Below are positions 1 through 14,649 of a DNA stretch of 64,000 nucleotides, piece after piece. Below the pieces are notes generated by a model that was not told the origin of the DNA, did no database searches, and saw nothing but the letters and a program-made list of their open reading frames with translations. Position 1 is the first letter of the stretch, and each line of letters starts with the position of its first letter. The translations under genes were made by a program, and so were the position numbers. The DNA comes from Octopus vulgaris (lineage: Eukaryota): NCBI GenBank assembly GCA_951406725.2, contig OX597823.1, positions 43,834,001 to 43,898,000 of the forward strand. The letters run 5' to 3'.

Positions 1-1889
1 GAAGCAGAATAAAAAATAGAATTCAATCCGAAGAAAAGCACTAAACTTCGAATGCTGAAAGCAAGTGCAATGTTAGAATGACTCATGAAGAAGAAGAACA
101 AAAATTGAAACAGAAATATAAACGGGAGTTTAAAAATACATAAAAATACTGATTGAATAAAATATACAAATAAATATATATATAAATAAAAGAAAGAAAG
201 AACTACATTTGTATTGCTCCGTCGAATTATTCTTCTACCAATCACTGAACAAGTGGACGATTTTCGCTGTTGAATAGCGAATCTAATACAAGAACAATGC
301 TGAGAAGTGGAAAAGAAAAGACGTTTTAGCTGTCGAAATAAAACATGGAAAAGAACCGGAAAAAACAGCGTTTGTAAAATCAATTTCAAATTCACGTGAT
401 CAATTATTATAACAGCTTTATTACAGACAACAACGACAACAACGTGAATAAGAACACAATAGCAATAAAAAACGGCAACAATAAGAATAATGTTAACAAT
501 AGCAACAGTAAAATAAACACGCAGATATAATGCTTGGTCATGTTTTGTATTTCATTTTTTATGAATTTGTTCGACAATGAGAACATACACCACACCTTTT
601 ACAAAAATAACAAAAACTTTATATAAAAATTACGAAAACGATAACAATTAAAAATAGCTAAAAAGACAAAAGAGAAAAAAGAAAGTAATAAAAGGTTTCT
701 CCTTTTTTCAACAAATCGAAATTATGGGTCTGAGGACTTGAGATCTCGACACAGATTTGCTTCTACGGCATTTTAATGAAGATGTGATGGAAGTTATAGG
801 AGGAATAAAAGTGAATAGAATGAATAAATTCCTCTTTCTTAGACTGAAAGTTCTTACAACGGTTGCTCTGACCTGCTTGAAACAGCAGCTAAATCTCCTA
901 CAAATAAAGCATACCGTGGTTTTATATATTGTAATAATAGCTTGTAAAAAGGCATAACCAAGGATAACCAAGGACAAAACAACAACAACAACTGAAATTT
1001 ATTCGAATCGTGAAAGAAGAAAGACAAAATTTTGGTTGCTGTTTATCGCCATTTCATGGAGCACGTTTTTATAATTCACCGAATGATTAGATACGAGCAG
1101 CTTTATACCATCTCCCTACGGAGTATAAATAGTCAATCGAACGATTATATACGAGTAGGTTTGTAGAAAGTACTTATAGGACGTACTCAAGTCATTAGGT
1201 ACCAGTAAGTGCCGGGGTTAACAATACGATTACGTAAAAACCAGAGGTTTTTTTTCCTAAATAAATTTTCCAAGTCTAGCTGGACGACCTCACTGTGACA
1301 TCCAGCATACCATAGCAGATGATATAAAATATTGTGTGGTGGTATGCATGAGAGTTTCCTTTTCAGTCTCCAGTCGGTTTTGGTAACATTCTAAGATTAA
1401 AACGGGATAAGGTGCATTCGATCAAAGCACATCAATCGTTAGCTTCACATACCGAAAACAGCAGTATCGGTGACTAATATATTTATTGATATTGTTTCTA
1501 TTTACAAGTATATAGTTTTTGCGGCTTTTTCTTGGTTTGAATGGGATAGATAGCGTTCTTAGATAGTATTGTAATAGTGTTCTGGAGAGTTATAAATGTG
1601 TTTAGATGTTTAGATGTAATTGTATATATAGTGGCAGTGCCTTTGACGATGATACGTTCGATTATCCAAACAATCATTCAATTCGGGTGTTTTGGTTCCA
1701 TTATAAAGTTGGTATTCGAAGGCCCTCATTTTGGAGTTGCTTTTTTTATATTCTTCGTGGCTTCTTAAATTTTCTTGTAGAGAAATTGGTGACCCAGGCA
1801 GGCATCTAAATCGCTTAATATTAAAATTAATAATATCGAAATTATTATAAAAACTAACTGTTAAAATATGCTTTGCTAAGGAGTTCTAA

Positions 1890-2520
1890 TAAGGCCAAAA
1901 CACTACTGAGTTGTCAAGCTCTCTGCCAATGGTCAAATTATATTTCCCTTTCTCTTCACTTCATTGCCTATTTTCAGTTTTAATTAATTAGATCTTCGTT
2001 GCATCAATCCATCAATCCACTTAGTTTTGTTATTTGTCCTTCTTTCCTTTGATTGATTTAAGCGTTGTTCGATGATTACCTTTCCTTAATGCCAATAAGT
2101 AAGTTGTAGAACTTAATTCACTTATCTACTGTGTTGATTTGCGTTTATGTTTGCTATTATTGTTTGCAGTACTGAGTTACAACGATAGAGATTATGGAAG
2201 ACCAACGAAATAAGTTTCTCTTTTGAATCACTGAATAAGGACCGGCTGATGGCCAGTAAGTAATCCATTAGGATACTAGGTCTTATAACATATTAAAGCC
2301 ACAGCTTTTTAATCACCTCATCTAAAATATCTTGGGTCATTTTGGCTTCTATGTCAGAAATACAATTTCTGGTTCAAAAAGTGGTCCATCGCTCACATGA
2401 AACTTCACTTCAATATGGCAGGCTTCGTATTTAAGACCAGAAAAATTTCTGATCGATGATAGAAAGTTACATAATTGAACGATTAAGATTCACCCAGAGA
2501 CTCTACATCCTTGGTATGTT
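1890..2520 (-). mobile_element. Highly degraded Polinton/Maverick-type (rve) integrase remnant
   Basis: Manual minus-strand translation across frameshifts gives, in order, FLSS..LNTKPA, GF.YVI, VLQT, KVIIEQRLNQSKER, NKTKWIDGL, KLKIGNEV. These match the order of the Polinton integrase motifs LHKPAR, GYKYLL, LQTD, KA.IVERFNRTLKER, T.RWIDVL, KFKVGD.V. Confidence 0.55.
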
Positions 2521-3684
2521 GGTACAAATGATTCAGTATGGGACGCTTATGGTTGAACGTTAACGTTATATTGGCGTTCTGGTTATGACCATCTCATCTT
2601 TATTACAGTGTATGCTATTGTAAAAATTTGATACTAAAAAGATGTTGGTCCACATTTTATAGATATCAATTTTAATGGACATTTAGTTGTTGCTGCTGTA
2701 GTGACCACATATAGTGAACTATATATGAAGTTTTGACACTATAGGGGGTTACAACCTCATCCAGAGACGAAGAATGGATGAATAAATGATAAAATAAATA
2801 AATAATAAATAAATAAAAGAATATACAATGCAAGTCAACAACAATAAGGAAATGTATGACGTAACTTAGTGCTTAAGATTTGATAAGGGAAAATAAATAC
2901 CATTGGTAAATATTTCCACCAAACACATTTAGAATTGGCCTGAAGCCCAATCTCACTTGAGGTCAGCAACAAATTAAATTGCTAAATATAGGTTTGCATA
3001 CATGATCAGTTTTCTATTGTTTAAATATATTTTCTGTCTAGAGAAAAATGAAAAAATGCAAAACAGAGTTTGATTTAATTACACGAAGTTGAACTAACTT
3101 TTGAGCCGAGAGACAAAAAATCCGAAGTACAATATACGATTAGGCCAAAACAGTTTTTATAAACTAATAAAAGTAACTGACCCCACTGATATAGAGTAGG
3201 GAAAAGGAGAAAAATTGTTTAAAGTAAAGTTCGTGCTGCTTTTTGGTTGTTTTTGTATTATTGCTATATTAAAATTAAAATTTGCTTTATTCTTGGACTT
3301 TTGTTTTTTTAATCTTGAGTTATAAGTCATTAATCAGTACACATACACACACACACTTATATATATATATATGTATGTATGTATGACACAGAACTTACAC
3401 GTACGTAGACGTACACAGTATACATTTTGATAATCGTCTACAGGCAAATAGATGTGTACGTGTATAATACCATGAGGAGAATGATTTTTTGTATAGAAAT
3501 ACATCTCTAAGCACACTACTCACACATACGCACACATGCATACAGATGCACACACGCGCGCATACATACACGAATATATATATATGCATATAAATATATA
3601 TACACACTGACATGTATATACGTATAATGTATATATATACATACATATATATATATATATATACTTACATGTGTATATGTGTGT

Positions 3685-3742
<58 letters not shown>

Positions 3743-4041
3743 ATGTATACATATGCATATATATGTGAGTGTGTGTGAGTCCATAATATCTTACATATTT
3801 GTGTGTCTGTGCACCCACATAAGGTTGTGCTAACGTATGTATGTGGGTGAAATGAAAAGCGATCTGGAGAGAAAAAGCGATATTTTATATGACTTTATAC
3901 AGCTTCCGTCTTAAGTTCTTTATCATAAAGTTCCACCAAGATAAATATTTATTAAATTTCAAAAAAAAAGTTAAATTTTAATTAATTTTAAAAGTTTAGA
4001 AATGATTTCTTATTTTCGCAATTATTCTTTCCTGTTGCATA

Positions 4042-4093
<52 letters not shown>

Positions 4094-4409
4094 CTGCGTG
4101 TGTGCATAGTTACTCATTGTAAGTTTGTGATGTGTTACAAAAACATAAAGTTATTTTATGTAACGAAGTAGTGGAAGTGTGTAAATATCTTGTATATTAT
4201 ATGTTAATATTTACGAGACAAAGAGAATACATAGATGAACCATGGTTTCGTTCGGTTGCCAGTCGGTACTAATCATTAGATTCTAAGCGGTGCGAACGAT
4301 GTAGATCGTCAGTTGTCGCCAGTCAAGCATCAGCAGGAGGATCTTCTTAAAAACACTGCGAAGATGAATTTACGCATGTGTTGGCAACTCAAAATTTTAT
4401 ATATTTTCA

Positions 4410-4626
4410 AAGGCATTGAGCTGGCAGAATTGTTACAGCTCTGGAGAAAATGTTTAGCAGCTTCCCTTTCGGTTCTTTACATTTTGTATTCAAATACCAC
4501 CGATGTAGAATTTGCCTTTCATCTTTACCGGGTTCATAAAATAAATTACCAATCAATTACTTGAGTCGACGTAATCTACTTCCCATCTCCCCCCAAATTA
4601 CAGACCTTGTGCCAAAATTAGAAAGA
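4410..4626 (+). mobile_element. Degenerate tRNA-derived SINE (main family)
   Basis: Contains gagctggcagaa, ttcaaataccaccga, tttgcctttcatc and gaccttgtgccaaaattagaaag, colinear with the better copies at 6689-6921 and 25416-25950. Confidence 0.75.
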
Positions 4627-5491
4627 CTAATATTCATTTTTTTTTATTATTAAAATTGGAATATGATGAAAAGCTTCCCTAAGAGATACAAGAATCTCCT
4701 GGCTTTAAGGTTGCGCGAAAAGCTTTGTTGGAGGCACAACCATCTGAGTTCTTTTATGGGGTTTAGAAAAGCTGAAGAGCCTCTGCAGTTAATGTGTGAA
4801 TCTGAGAGGAGATTATGTTGAATAAAAACATAATTAATTGATTCTACTGCATTCTCTTTTACCGAAAGCCAGGAACTTTTCAGCATCCCATCGCATGTCA
4901 TGTGACTTTCGTCTATTTTCAGAAATTAGATCTTATTCAACTCTGACCATGAGTGGTCCCTCTCTCTATCTGGCTCTCGCTCTCTCTCAGTCTCTCTCTC
5001 TCTCACCTCTCGATTTTCCAATGTCCTTGGAAGGTGCTGCTGTGTAGGTAGGTGGGTAGGTAGGTAGGCAGGCAGACAGGCAGGCAAGCATGCATGCAGG
5101 TAGCTAGGTAAATATTCAGACACTCTTTTTGGACCTAAAAAAACGTGTATAAATTGATTTGTCACGCGTTGACGTAATGGCGTTAGACATTTTTGTTGCA
5201 TTCCAGAATGTATATAGGCTCTAATACGATTCTATTTGCCACCCAGATATTCATTAAAATATGACAGACATTGAAGATAAGCAACATAACGAAGGTGAAT
5301 CATTTTACCTTTATTTTCATGATGGTTATGCAGTTTATGAAGGTGGTGCAAGAAAATAATTTGAAACAAGAAAAATCAGAACACTTAACATTGACAGCAC
5401 TTCAAATTGTGTAATCTTAGAGGAAGAAAGCACAATCATAGTATAAAGAAAGACAGAAATAAAAACTCTTTGGCGTTATCATTTTGCGCAA

Positions 5492-5715
5492 CTAAGGACG
5501 GAGTTATTAGGGTTTAGTACAATATTTTCTTGCAGTCTCTTGTTCCAAGTCTTTACATTCTAAGATCAAATCCTGCCAAAGTCCTCTTTATCTTTCATCC
5601 CTCCAAAAGTGATAAAATAAAGTACAACTTAAGTAATGATAGCAATTTAATCGACTAACACTACATACACACGCGCCTCTACCAAATATTTGTCCTTGTT
5701 CCTATATGAGAATCA
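5492..5715 (+). mobile_element. Very degenerate SINE copy (main family)
   Basis: ctttacattctaagatcaaatcctgcc...ctttcatccc...gataaaataaagtac...taatcgact is colinear with the family core. Confidence 0.6.
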
Positions 5716-6400
5716 AATATTTTGTTTTACTATTTACTGACTATTCACTTTTCACTTCGTGTGCCTCGTTTCCTTGATGATGCGTCTTCAGTTACCTTAC
5801 ACTTTTCGACGATTTGATGTTTCAGGCCTTGTACCAAAGGTAGAAAGAGTTATTATGTTTCATTGCCTCCAGAGGGATCGAAAAACTAAGTTGCCTGGAC
5901 GGGATTTGATCTCGGAACCGGAAGGAATACTGCAATGCTGTAACAAATCTGCCAGCGGACTGCTTTTAAGCAGTTATAATTAATACTAGGCAGAAAACCA
6001 ACAATTTCGAAGCGAAAGATGTTAGTGAACCGTATCAATTGCTATACTTGACTAGTACTTCATTATATTGACTGCTGAGAGTCGAAAAACAAATGAACTT
6101 TAGCAGAATTTCACATCAGGATGTAAAGAGTCAGAACAAATACCACAGAGCATGTTTATGACATTCTAAAGATTCTGCCAATTTATCATTCTATGCAATA
6201 ATAATAATCATTTCTACTATAGGTAAAAGGCCTGAAATGATTACATTGACCCCATTGCCTAACTGGTACTTAATTTATCGAATCCGAAAGGATGAAAGGC
6301 AAAGTTGACTCCGGCGGTATGTGAACTCTGAACATGAAGATAGACGAAATAACACTAAGCATTTCGCCCGGCGTGCTAACGTTTCTGCCAGTTCGCCGCC

Positions 6401-6505
<105 letters not shown>

Positions 6506-7354
6506 GTAATAACGGTTTCAAATTTTTCCACAATGGCAGCTATTTGGGGGGAGGGAATAAATCGATTACACCGATTACATCGACCCCCAGTGTTTCACTG
6601 GTACATAATTTATCAACCCAGAAAAGATGAAAGGCAAAGTTGACCACGGCAGAATCTGAAATCAGAACGTAGCGGCAGACGAAATACCTATTTCTTTACT
6701 ACCAACAAGGAGCTAAACACAGTGGGGACAAACAAGAGCAAACAACCGGATCAAGTCGATTATATCGACCCCAGTGCGTAACTAGAACTTAATTTATCGA
6801 TCCCGAAAGGATGAAAGGCAAAGTCGACCTCGGCGGAATTTGAACTCAGAACGTAACGGCAGACGAAATACTGCTAAGCATTTCGCCCGGCGTGCTAACG
6901 TTTCTGCCAGCTCGCCGCCTTAATAATAGTAATAATAATAATAATGGTTTCAAATTTTGCCACAAGGGCAGCCATTTTGTGAGAGGGGATAAGTCGATGA
7001 CAGCGACCCCCAGTGTTACACTGTTACTTAATTTAGTGACACTGAAAAGATAAAAGGCAAAGTCAACTTCGGCGGAATTTCAACTAAGTACTTAGCGACG
7101 GGTTAAATACCTATTTCTTTACTACCCACAAAGGGCTAAACACAGAGAGGACAAACAAGGACAGACAAACGGATTAAGTCGATTATATCGACCCCAGTGC
7201 GTAACTGGTACTTATTTAATCGACCCCGAAAGGATGTAAGGCAAAGTCGACCTCGGCGGAATTTGAACTCAGAACGTAACGGCAGACGAAATACTGCAAA
7301 GCATTTCGCCCAGTGTGCTAACGTTTCTGCCAGCTCGCCGCCTTAATAATAATG

Positions 7355-7408
<54 letters not shown>

Positions 7409-7465
7409 GCAATTTGAGTACTAGAAAGTAAGAAATATAAAAAATATAAAGTACTAGAAAGTGAG

Positions 7466-7903
7466 AAATACATGATGTGGGACTGCAACATTCAGACTGA
7501 CAGAGTAATAGACGCTAGAAGGCCTGATTTGGTAGTGGTAGGTAAACAGAATAGAAAGTACTAGATAATTGATTTTACAGTCCTAATTGATGACAACATT
7601 AATATGAGAAGTATAGAAAAAATAGCAAAGTACCAGGACCTAGTTATTGAATAACAGAGACTATGGAATGTGCGGGTAAAATGTATCCCAGTATTTATGG
7701 GCGCATTGGGAACTATCCCTAAAAATCTGAACATGTGGATAGAGGAAATAGGCATAAAAAGCAATTTAGTACAGCTCCAGAAAACGGTGTTATTAGGGAC
7801 AGCTAGGATACTTTGGAGGGTTCTTGACATCTATGATTACTTGTTGAAGCCCGATGTTAAGACATTTTCTTTTCCAACAATCCAATCTGTTGTATGCATA
7901 TGA
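7466..7903 (+). mobile_element. R4/Dong-clade LINE 3' end (restriction-like endonuclease domain) ending in (AAT)n
   Basis: Translates MWDCNIQTDRVIDARRPDLVVV...IIDFTV...EKIAKYQDL...IPVFMGALGTIPKNL...LQKTVLLGTARILWRVL with in-frame stops. This is the R4/Dong C-terminal RLE signature. A short 3' UTR follows, then aataataat. Confidence 0.9.
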
Positions 7904-8150
7904 AAATAATAATAATAATGGTTTCAAAATTTCGCACAAGGTTAGCAATTTCTGGAGAAAGGGTAAGTCGATTACATCGACCCCAGTACTCAACTAGTAT
8001 TTATTTTTTCGGCCTCGAGAGAATGAGAGGCAAAGTCGACCTCGGTGGAACTTGAACTCAGAATGCAAAGACGTACGAAATGACGCTAAGTTTTTTGTCC
8101 GTCTTGCTAACGATTCAGCCAGCTTATCGCTTTAATAATAATAATACTAA

Positions 8151-8292
<142 letters not shown>

Positions 8293-8682
8293 TTCAAATT
8301 TTGGCTCAAGGTAATTCTGATGGGAGCTTTTTAGTTTATTAATTCGCTTCCACTACTCGACTGGTACTTAATTTTATTGCTATTGCTCGGGAAGCGCTGA
8401 AGGACAAAGTTGCCCCCGATGGGATTTGATTTCAGAACACAAAAGAGATGCAAGACATCAGTGTCGTAGACTCCAGTGATTTTGCCAACGCTCTGCCTTT
8501 AGTAATACTGAACAAATACCTGAAGGGTATTGTAGTTGCAGCTGCTCCTGGATTTGATTAAACGATGGCTACAGATAAGGTGAACGCCTTGCCGTTCAAG
8601 CTGTACGTAATTAAATAATACACACATATGTGAGTGTATAGGTATGTACATATGCATGTATTGTATGTGTGTGTATGCGTAC

Positions 8683-8736
<54 letters not shown>

Positions 8737-9154
8737 ACATATATATCTTAATGTATGCGTATATGTACATATGTATATACATGTATACATATATCTTGTT
8801 TACTTACAATTATGTAAGTACAAACATTTAGATATGAAGATATAGATAAAAAGAATTACATAAACAGAAATAAAAGAGATGGCAAAGATGTACGTTTGTT
8901 TATTATATACGGGTTGATAATATTTATAGTAGAATATATATATATATCTATGCTTACAAACATACACACACTAACGCGCACACACGTACATACACAAACA
9001 CATACATACATATGTGTGTGTGTGTGTGTGTATGTGTGTGTATAATATATAAACATATATATACCTATGAAAGTATATTTGTGTTTATATATGTGTATGA
9101 TTTAAAACATCAGACAGCATCAGTAAATTTGTAACTTTCTAAAATGAAGAAAAA

Positions 9155-9214
<60 letters not shown>

Positions 9215-10679
9215 GAAAATAAAAGAGAAAAAAAGAAGAGCTACTTTATTTGAATGTGAAACATAATTCATTAGTTGAAACCATTTCAACTCACAGAATC
9301 AGCGGAAGAAACGAAAAAAATAAAGAAAATCTGAGAGTAATCTACAAAGAAAGAAACGGAGAGGTTGTCCATTGAGAGGTTTTGGCAATTCCTTTTAAGT
9401 AAAATATTTTTATGAAATAAATTACTTTCAGATCTTGATATTTCCCGCCAGGCAAAATATATTTATTTCAGTTAAAATATTTAGATTTTACAATTAATAA
9501 TTAACTACTTTTTTTTTTTAAATCGTGTTGAACGTAGATCTATTTATTTATCTATCTATTTATCTCCCTATCTATCTACACGCGCGCACACGCACACACC
9601 CATACGTACATACACTTTGACACACATACATATGCGCCTATTACGGATATATTCATATAAAAGAACATTTGTTTGTGTGTATGAATGTGTGAAAGTATGC
9701 GTACATGTGTGTGTAATATATGTACATTTATACGCATGTACATGTATACGCATACATATGTGTGCCCACATTCACACAGACGTTTGTACATAGTATATAC
9801 TTCCATTAATAAATACATACATATATACGTTTAAATACACAATTATACATATCTAAATACATCGCATGCATGATACAAATACACACACACATATACGGAA
9901 ATACACATACCTATGAGTAAACATGCCTATATAAAAACATGCAATCATACATACACATGCATATATACACACATACCTACATACATACATGCATATATAT
10001 ATATTCATATATACATGCATATATACATACGCATACACATATACATACATATACATAAGTGATCGACATATCGAAATTGAAATTTTAACACTGCTTCCAT
10101 CACAAAATGATCACACACACTCACACACACGCACACACACACGCGCGCACGTACACGCACACACACTTATTCCTTCTCTCTGTTTTTATCTTTCTCTCAC
10201 TCTCATACATACTCCCCTCTCTCCCCAATCTTTCTCTCCTCCCCTCTGTCGTAATTGCGTTTTATTCCAGTTTAAAATAGATGTGTGCTGATATTCAAAT
10301 TATAGAATTCTAGAAGTACCTTTATTATTTCAGTTATAAATACCAATTCCTGAACATTCACAGAATTCCTTTGAAATGATTAGAAGATTTCACCCCAAAT
10401 CGAAAGGAAACCATACAGCAAAATAAAAGAAAAGTTCCAGCTCAGAAAACAACCAAACTTTTTGTACCATAAATATTTGAAATAGGTAACGTAGATAATT
10501 TCAGATTATTCCAATGCGAACTAGGCAGTTTAAGTTTCCAGTTTATGTCAAGGTCATGCCCCAGCATGGCCACAAACTAACGCCTGAAATAAGTAAAAGA
10601 TAAAAGATTAAAAAATTGTCGCCAGCGATGATATTCAGTTATATTTCGTCAAAGACATTAGTGCTACAATCTTCAATGC

Positions 10680-10976
10680 AAGGATAAAAGGCAAAGTCGA
10701 CCTCAGCGGAATTTGAACTCAGAACGTAAAGACGGACGAAATGCTGCTAAGCATTTTTCCCGGCGTGCTAACGATTCTGCCAGCCCACTGCCTTTAGAGA
10801 TAAATAATGATTTCAAATTTCAAGGTCAGCAAGTACTTCGATGAGATCGACCCTAGTGTTCAACTGGTATTTATTTCATCGACTCCGAAAGGATAAAAGG
10901 CAAAGTCGAACTCGACAGAAATTGAACTTAGAACGTAAAGACGAACGAAATACCACTGAGCCATTTTCCTGGCGTG
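10680..10976 (-). mobile_element. Two tandem SINE copies (main family)
   Basis: aaggataaaaggcaaagtcgacctcagcggaatttgaactcagaacgtaaagacggacgaaatgc appears twice, at about 10680 and 10890. Confidence 0.85.
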
Positions 10977-11003
10977 CATTAAAATAGAAATAATTATGCT
11001 GTA

Positions 11004-11204
11004 TTGATGCAAGCGACCGAAACGGTGTTCTTGCGAACGATCTTTGGAGTAACTTTACTCGACAGGGTACGTAACTCGGAGATCACAGAGTCTCTTCAAG
11101 TCGAGACGTTACTTCGTTGCATTGAGAGATTTCTGCTCCAGTACCATAGACATGAGGTTAGAATGTCGCGGAAAAGTTTCACAAAACGCATTCTTCAAAC
11201 CTAA
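11004..11204 (+). mobile_element. RTE-clade LINE fragment (C-terminal region after RT)
   Basis: ORF QATETVFLRTIFGVTLLDRVRNSEITESLQVETLLRCIER...HEVRM matches the RTE pattern QAAEMRFLR.I.G.T..DRVRN..IR..L.VE.LL..IER...GHV.RM. Confidence 0.8.
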
Positions 11205-12368
11205 TCAACTTCTGGAGAGTTTTACAGATTTTTACATTTCCCGGTGCTGGTTTGAATCTGTAGTCTTCGAATCACTTTTCTCCATTCTGGATTTGAATGA
11301 CCTCATTTCTCAAGATTTGTATGTATGTATGTATGTATGTATGTATGTATGTATGTATGTATGTATGTATGTATTATGCATGGTTAGGCTAGGTCAGGTT
11401 ACGTGGTGGCTTCAGTAAGCTAGCTACAGAAGAGACGTGGTTGAGCAAACCGGGATGCTAGCATCAGTTAATAGACATTCAGCAAAGTGGCAACAGTTAA
11501 CACTTGGAGAGATAATAGATCTGGGGCTTTCAGGTTACCTATCAATTTGTGTGACTGCGAAACGTAGCTATGACTGGGTGATTGTAAGGCCCGCAGCTGT
11601 AAAAATCTGTAAAACTCTCCAGAAGTTTATCATTTAAGTATATATGAGCATGTCTTGACATACAACAATATGAGCTACGAAAAATAAGCTACGATAAATA
11701 ACTACGACAAAACAAAAATGAGCTACGACCAATTATCAGAGTGGCCAGTGGTATGTATATGAAAAACAAAGGGGAATAAGGTTACAGTAAGTATCTTATA
11801 AAGCAAATTCCTGATTCACTGGAATTATTGATGCTTCCAGAAAATGTAGGGCAACCGATTGATAGCAGTAGGGCCTATATCGAAAACAAGAATTTTCCAA
11901 ACATTGATACGCCATTAAGGAAAAGACAGTATCATTGTATGCAGACAAAGTGGACATGCATTGTTACGTGTTTCTACCCGAATTAGAAGCAGTTGTTACC
12001 AGCACAGTTACTCAGACACATACAAGAAAAAGAAAAAAACAATCTCACAAGTGCGCACGTACGTACGCAGACACACATACACAAACATATCGTTATCATA
12101 TCAAAAGGCTACTCTGAGTTTCACCCTATGTCGTCCCTATTCCTTGGTTTTCAAGCTATCCACATACAATCCGAAGCAGCCGATTCATATCTGTCCACCT
12201 CATCCAGCATGTTGAGGTTGAGTTATACGTTATTGTTTGCATTATGTAAAATATATATCAAATACATTTTACACTATCTACATACACATTCCAGCATATA
12301 CATATATATACGCGCGCGCGCATATATATAAGTGTGTGTATCACTTTCTTTCAGTCTATACTCCAGTA

Positions 12369-12429
<61 letters not shown>

Positions 12430-12584
12430 TTTTTCTGTCATCAGTTTCTTTCCTATCCTCCTGCCTGTGTTGTGAATATGATTGAGACATTGTTTTATAT
12501 ATATACAAACAAACACACACACACACGCACACACACACATATATATATATACGTTCTTGTCCCAGTTTGTATTTTTCTACATAA

Positions 12585-12615
<31 letters not shown>

Positions 12616-12694
12616 CATTCACATGCATACATACATGCAGGCATGCATACATATATACATACATACATACATACATACAGACAGACAGACAGAC

Positions 12695-12756
<62 letters not shown>

Positions 12757-12794
12757 GTACTACACACACATATATATCTATATCTATATATATC

Positions 12795-12877
<83 letters not shown>

Positions 12878-12882
<5 letters not shown>

Positions 12883-13072
12883 TAATCCTAACAAGAACTA
12901 ACACAAAAAACACAACAACGCGAGGACGTGGAACAAATATAGTATTATTGGATGCTCAGGAAAGAAGGAAAGAAGGAAGGTTGAACGCTTCGAGCGGAGC
13001 TCTTCGTCGGAAACATAGGAGAAGAGAAGAGGAGGAAAATAAATCGCCAACGGTACACACGCGGTCACATTT
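12878..13072 (-). mobile_element. Short non-coding PLE-like unit next to (TA)n with a degenerate hammerhead motif
   Basis: Minus strand 13014-12980 reads GTTT-CCGACGA-A-GAGC-TCC-GCTC-GAAG-CGTT-CAAC. It lies between (TA)n and (TACA)/(GATA)n and has the same layout as the 19445/19808/32110 family. Confidence 0.6.
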
Positions 13073-13131
13073 TATACATATATACATACATACATGCGTG
13101 CATGCATATATACAGACAGACAGACAGACAA

Positions 13132-13224
<93 letters not shown>

Positions 13225-13767
13225 TAGACAGGTCGACAGACAGACTAACCAACACACCGACAGACAGACAGATAAATAGATAGATACATAGAAATGTGTG
13301 TGTGTTCATGTCTATGTCATACCTTCCCACAGTCGTTCGTCTTTCTTTGGTCACCGCCATACTTGACCAACTTGATTAGACTCGCTGTAGTTGCTCTGTC
13401 AATAATCTTAGTGGAGTCTTGCCAGGTATTCCTGTCTTAATGAGAAATAATTGATTATAGTAGAATGGCTATAGCTTCCCCGCTTCCTCTTCCCCTTTCA
13501 CCACCTGCGCCTCCCGCACTCATCATCATAAGAATCATCATCATTTTCATCATCCACTAACTACTTCACCTTCCCTCCTTGTCATCATTGTTCATCTCTT
13601 CAATTTTTTTAGCAGTCTAGTGTTAATTTTGCACCTGTTGTATCACGAGACACGACGTCTATACGCAAACATACAGAAACATACACCACACAGACAGACA
13701 CATATGCATATATTTGTTCCTATGTGTGTGAGTGTAATGTATGTGTGCATATGCATTTGTTTATTAT

Positions 13768-13807
<40 letters not shown>

Positions 13808-13971
13808 TGTTTGTATGTATAATATTTAATATATATAATATGTGTGTGTTTGTGTGTGTGTGTGTGTGTGTGTATGTATATAAATAAATATATACATGTG
13901 CATAAATATATATGCAATATATGTGTAGGTATATATAGTATATATATGTATATATATATATTTACATATAC

Positions 13972-14025
<54 letters not shown>

Positions 14026-14093
14026 GTATAAGGAAAATAAGACAAGGTAGAAAATGCTAAAATTCTTTTTTCATAAAATAAATTTTGTAACTG

Positions 14094-14131
14094 TTAGTAT
14101 CGGTTTCAGCCTTTTCCACTTTTTCAGCTAA
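14094..14131 (-). ncRNA. Degenerate minimal type I hammerhead motif
   Basis: Minus strand reads TTAG-CTGAAAA-AGT-GGAAAAG-GCT-GAAA-CCGA-TA-CTAA. Stem I (TTAG/CTAA) and stem II (AGT/GCT) are intact; G8 is changed to A and the stem III pair is broken. Confidence 0.45.
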
Positions 14132-14325
14132 GAGTAAAATAAAGTTGGATATCAATTAAGAATCAAAACAATTAAATTGAAGAAAAAATTTATTCAAATG
14201 TCTTGTAATTAACACTCTTATCCTTTGTGAAGGCTGGGTAAGTAGAACAAATAGTGTTTATGGGTGTAAATAAATATTGGGTTCTGAAGTTTGATGGTTT
14301 AAGCAGCAGCCGAGGAGAGAGGAAG

Positions 14326-14649
14326 TGAAGAAGAAGAAGAGAAGAAGAAGAAGAAGAAGAAGAAGAAGAAGAAGAAGAAGAAGAAGAAGAAGAAGAAGAA
14401 GAAGAAGAAGAAGAAGAAGAAGAAGAAGAAGAAGAAGAAGAAGAAGAAGAAGAAGAAGAAGAAGAAGAAGAAGAAGAAGAAGAAGAAGAAAAAGAAGACG
14501 GGAGTGGTATGACCCAGTAGTAGAGATTGTCCGTGGAATCTACTTTAATGATTAAGTGACGATACTATTGGGTCATACCACTCCCGTCTTCTTCTTCTTC
14601 TTCTTCTTCTTCTTCTTCTTCTTCTTCTTCTTCTTCTTCTTTTTTCTTC
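14326..14649. repeat. Fold-back structure: (GAA)n, 26-bp arm, 40-nt spacer, inverted arm, (TTC)n
   Basis: gacgggagtggtatgacccagtagta (14497-14522) versus tactattgggtcataccactcccgtc (14563-14588), 1 mismatch. The flanking GAA and TTC tracts are mutually complementary. Confidence 0.95.
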
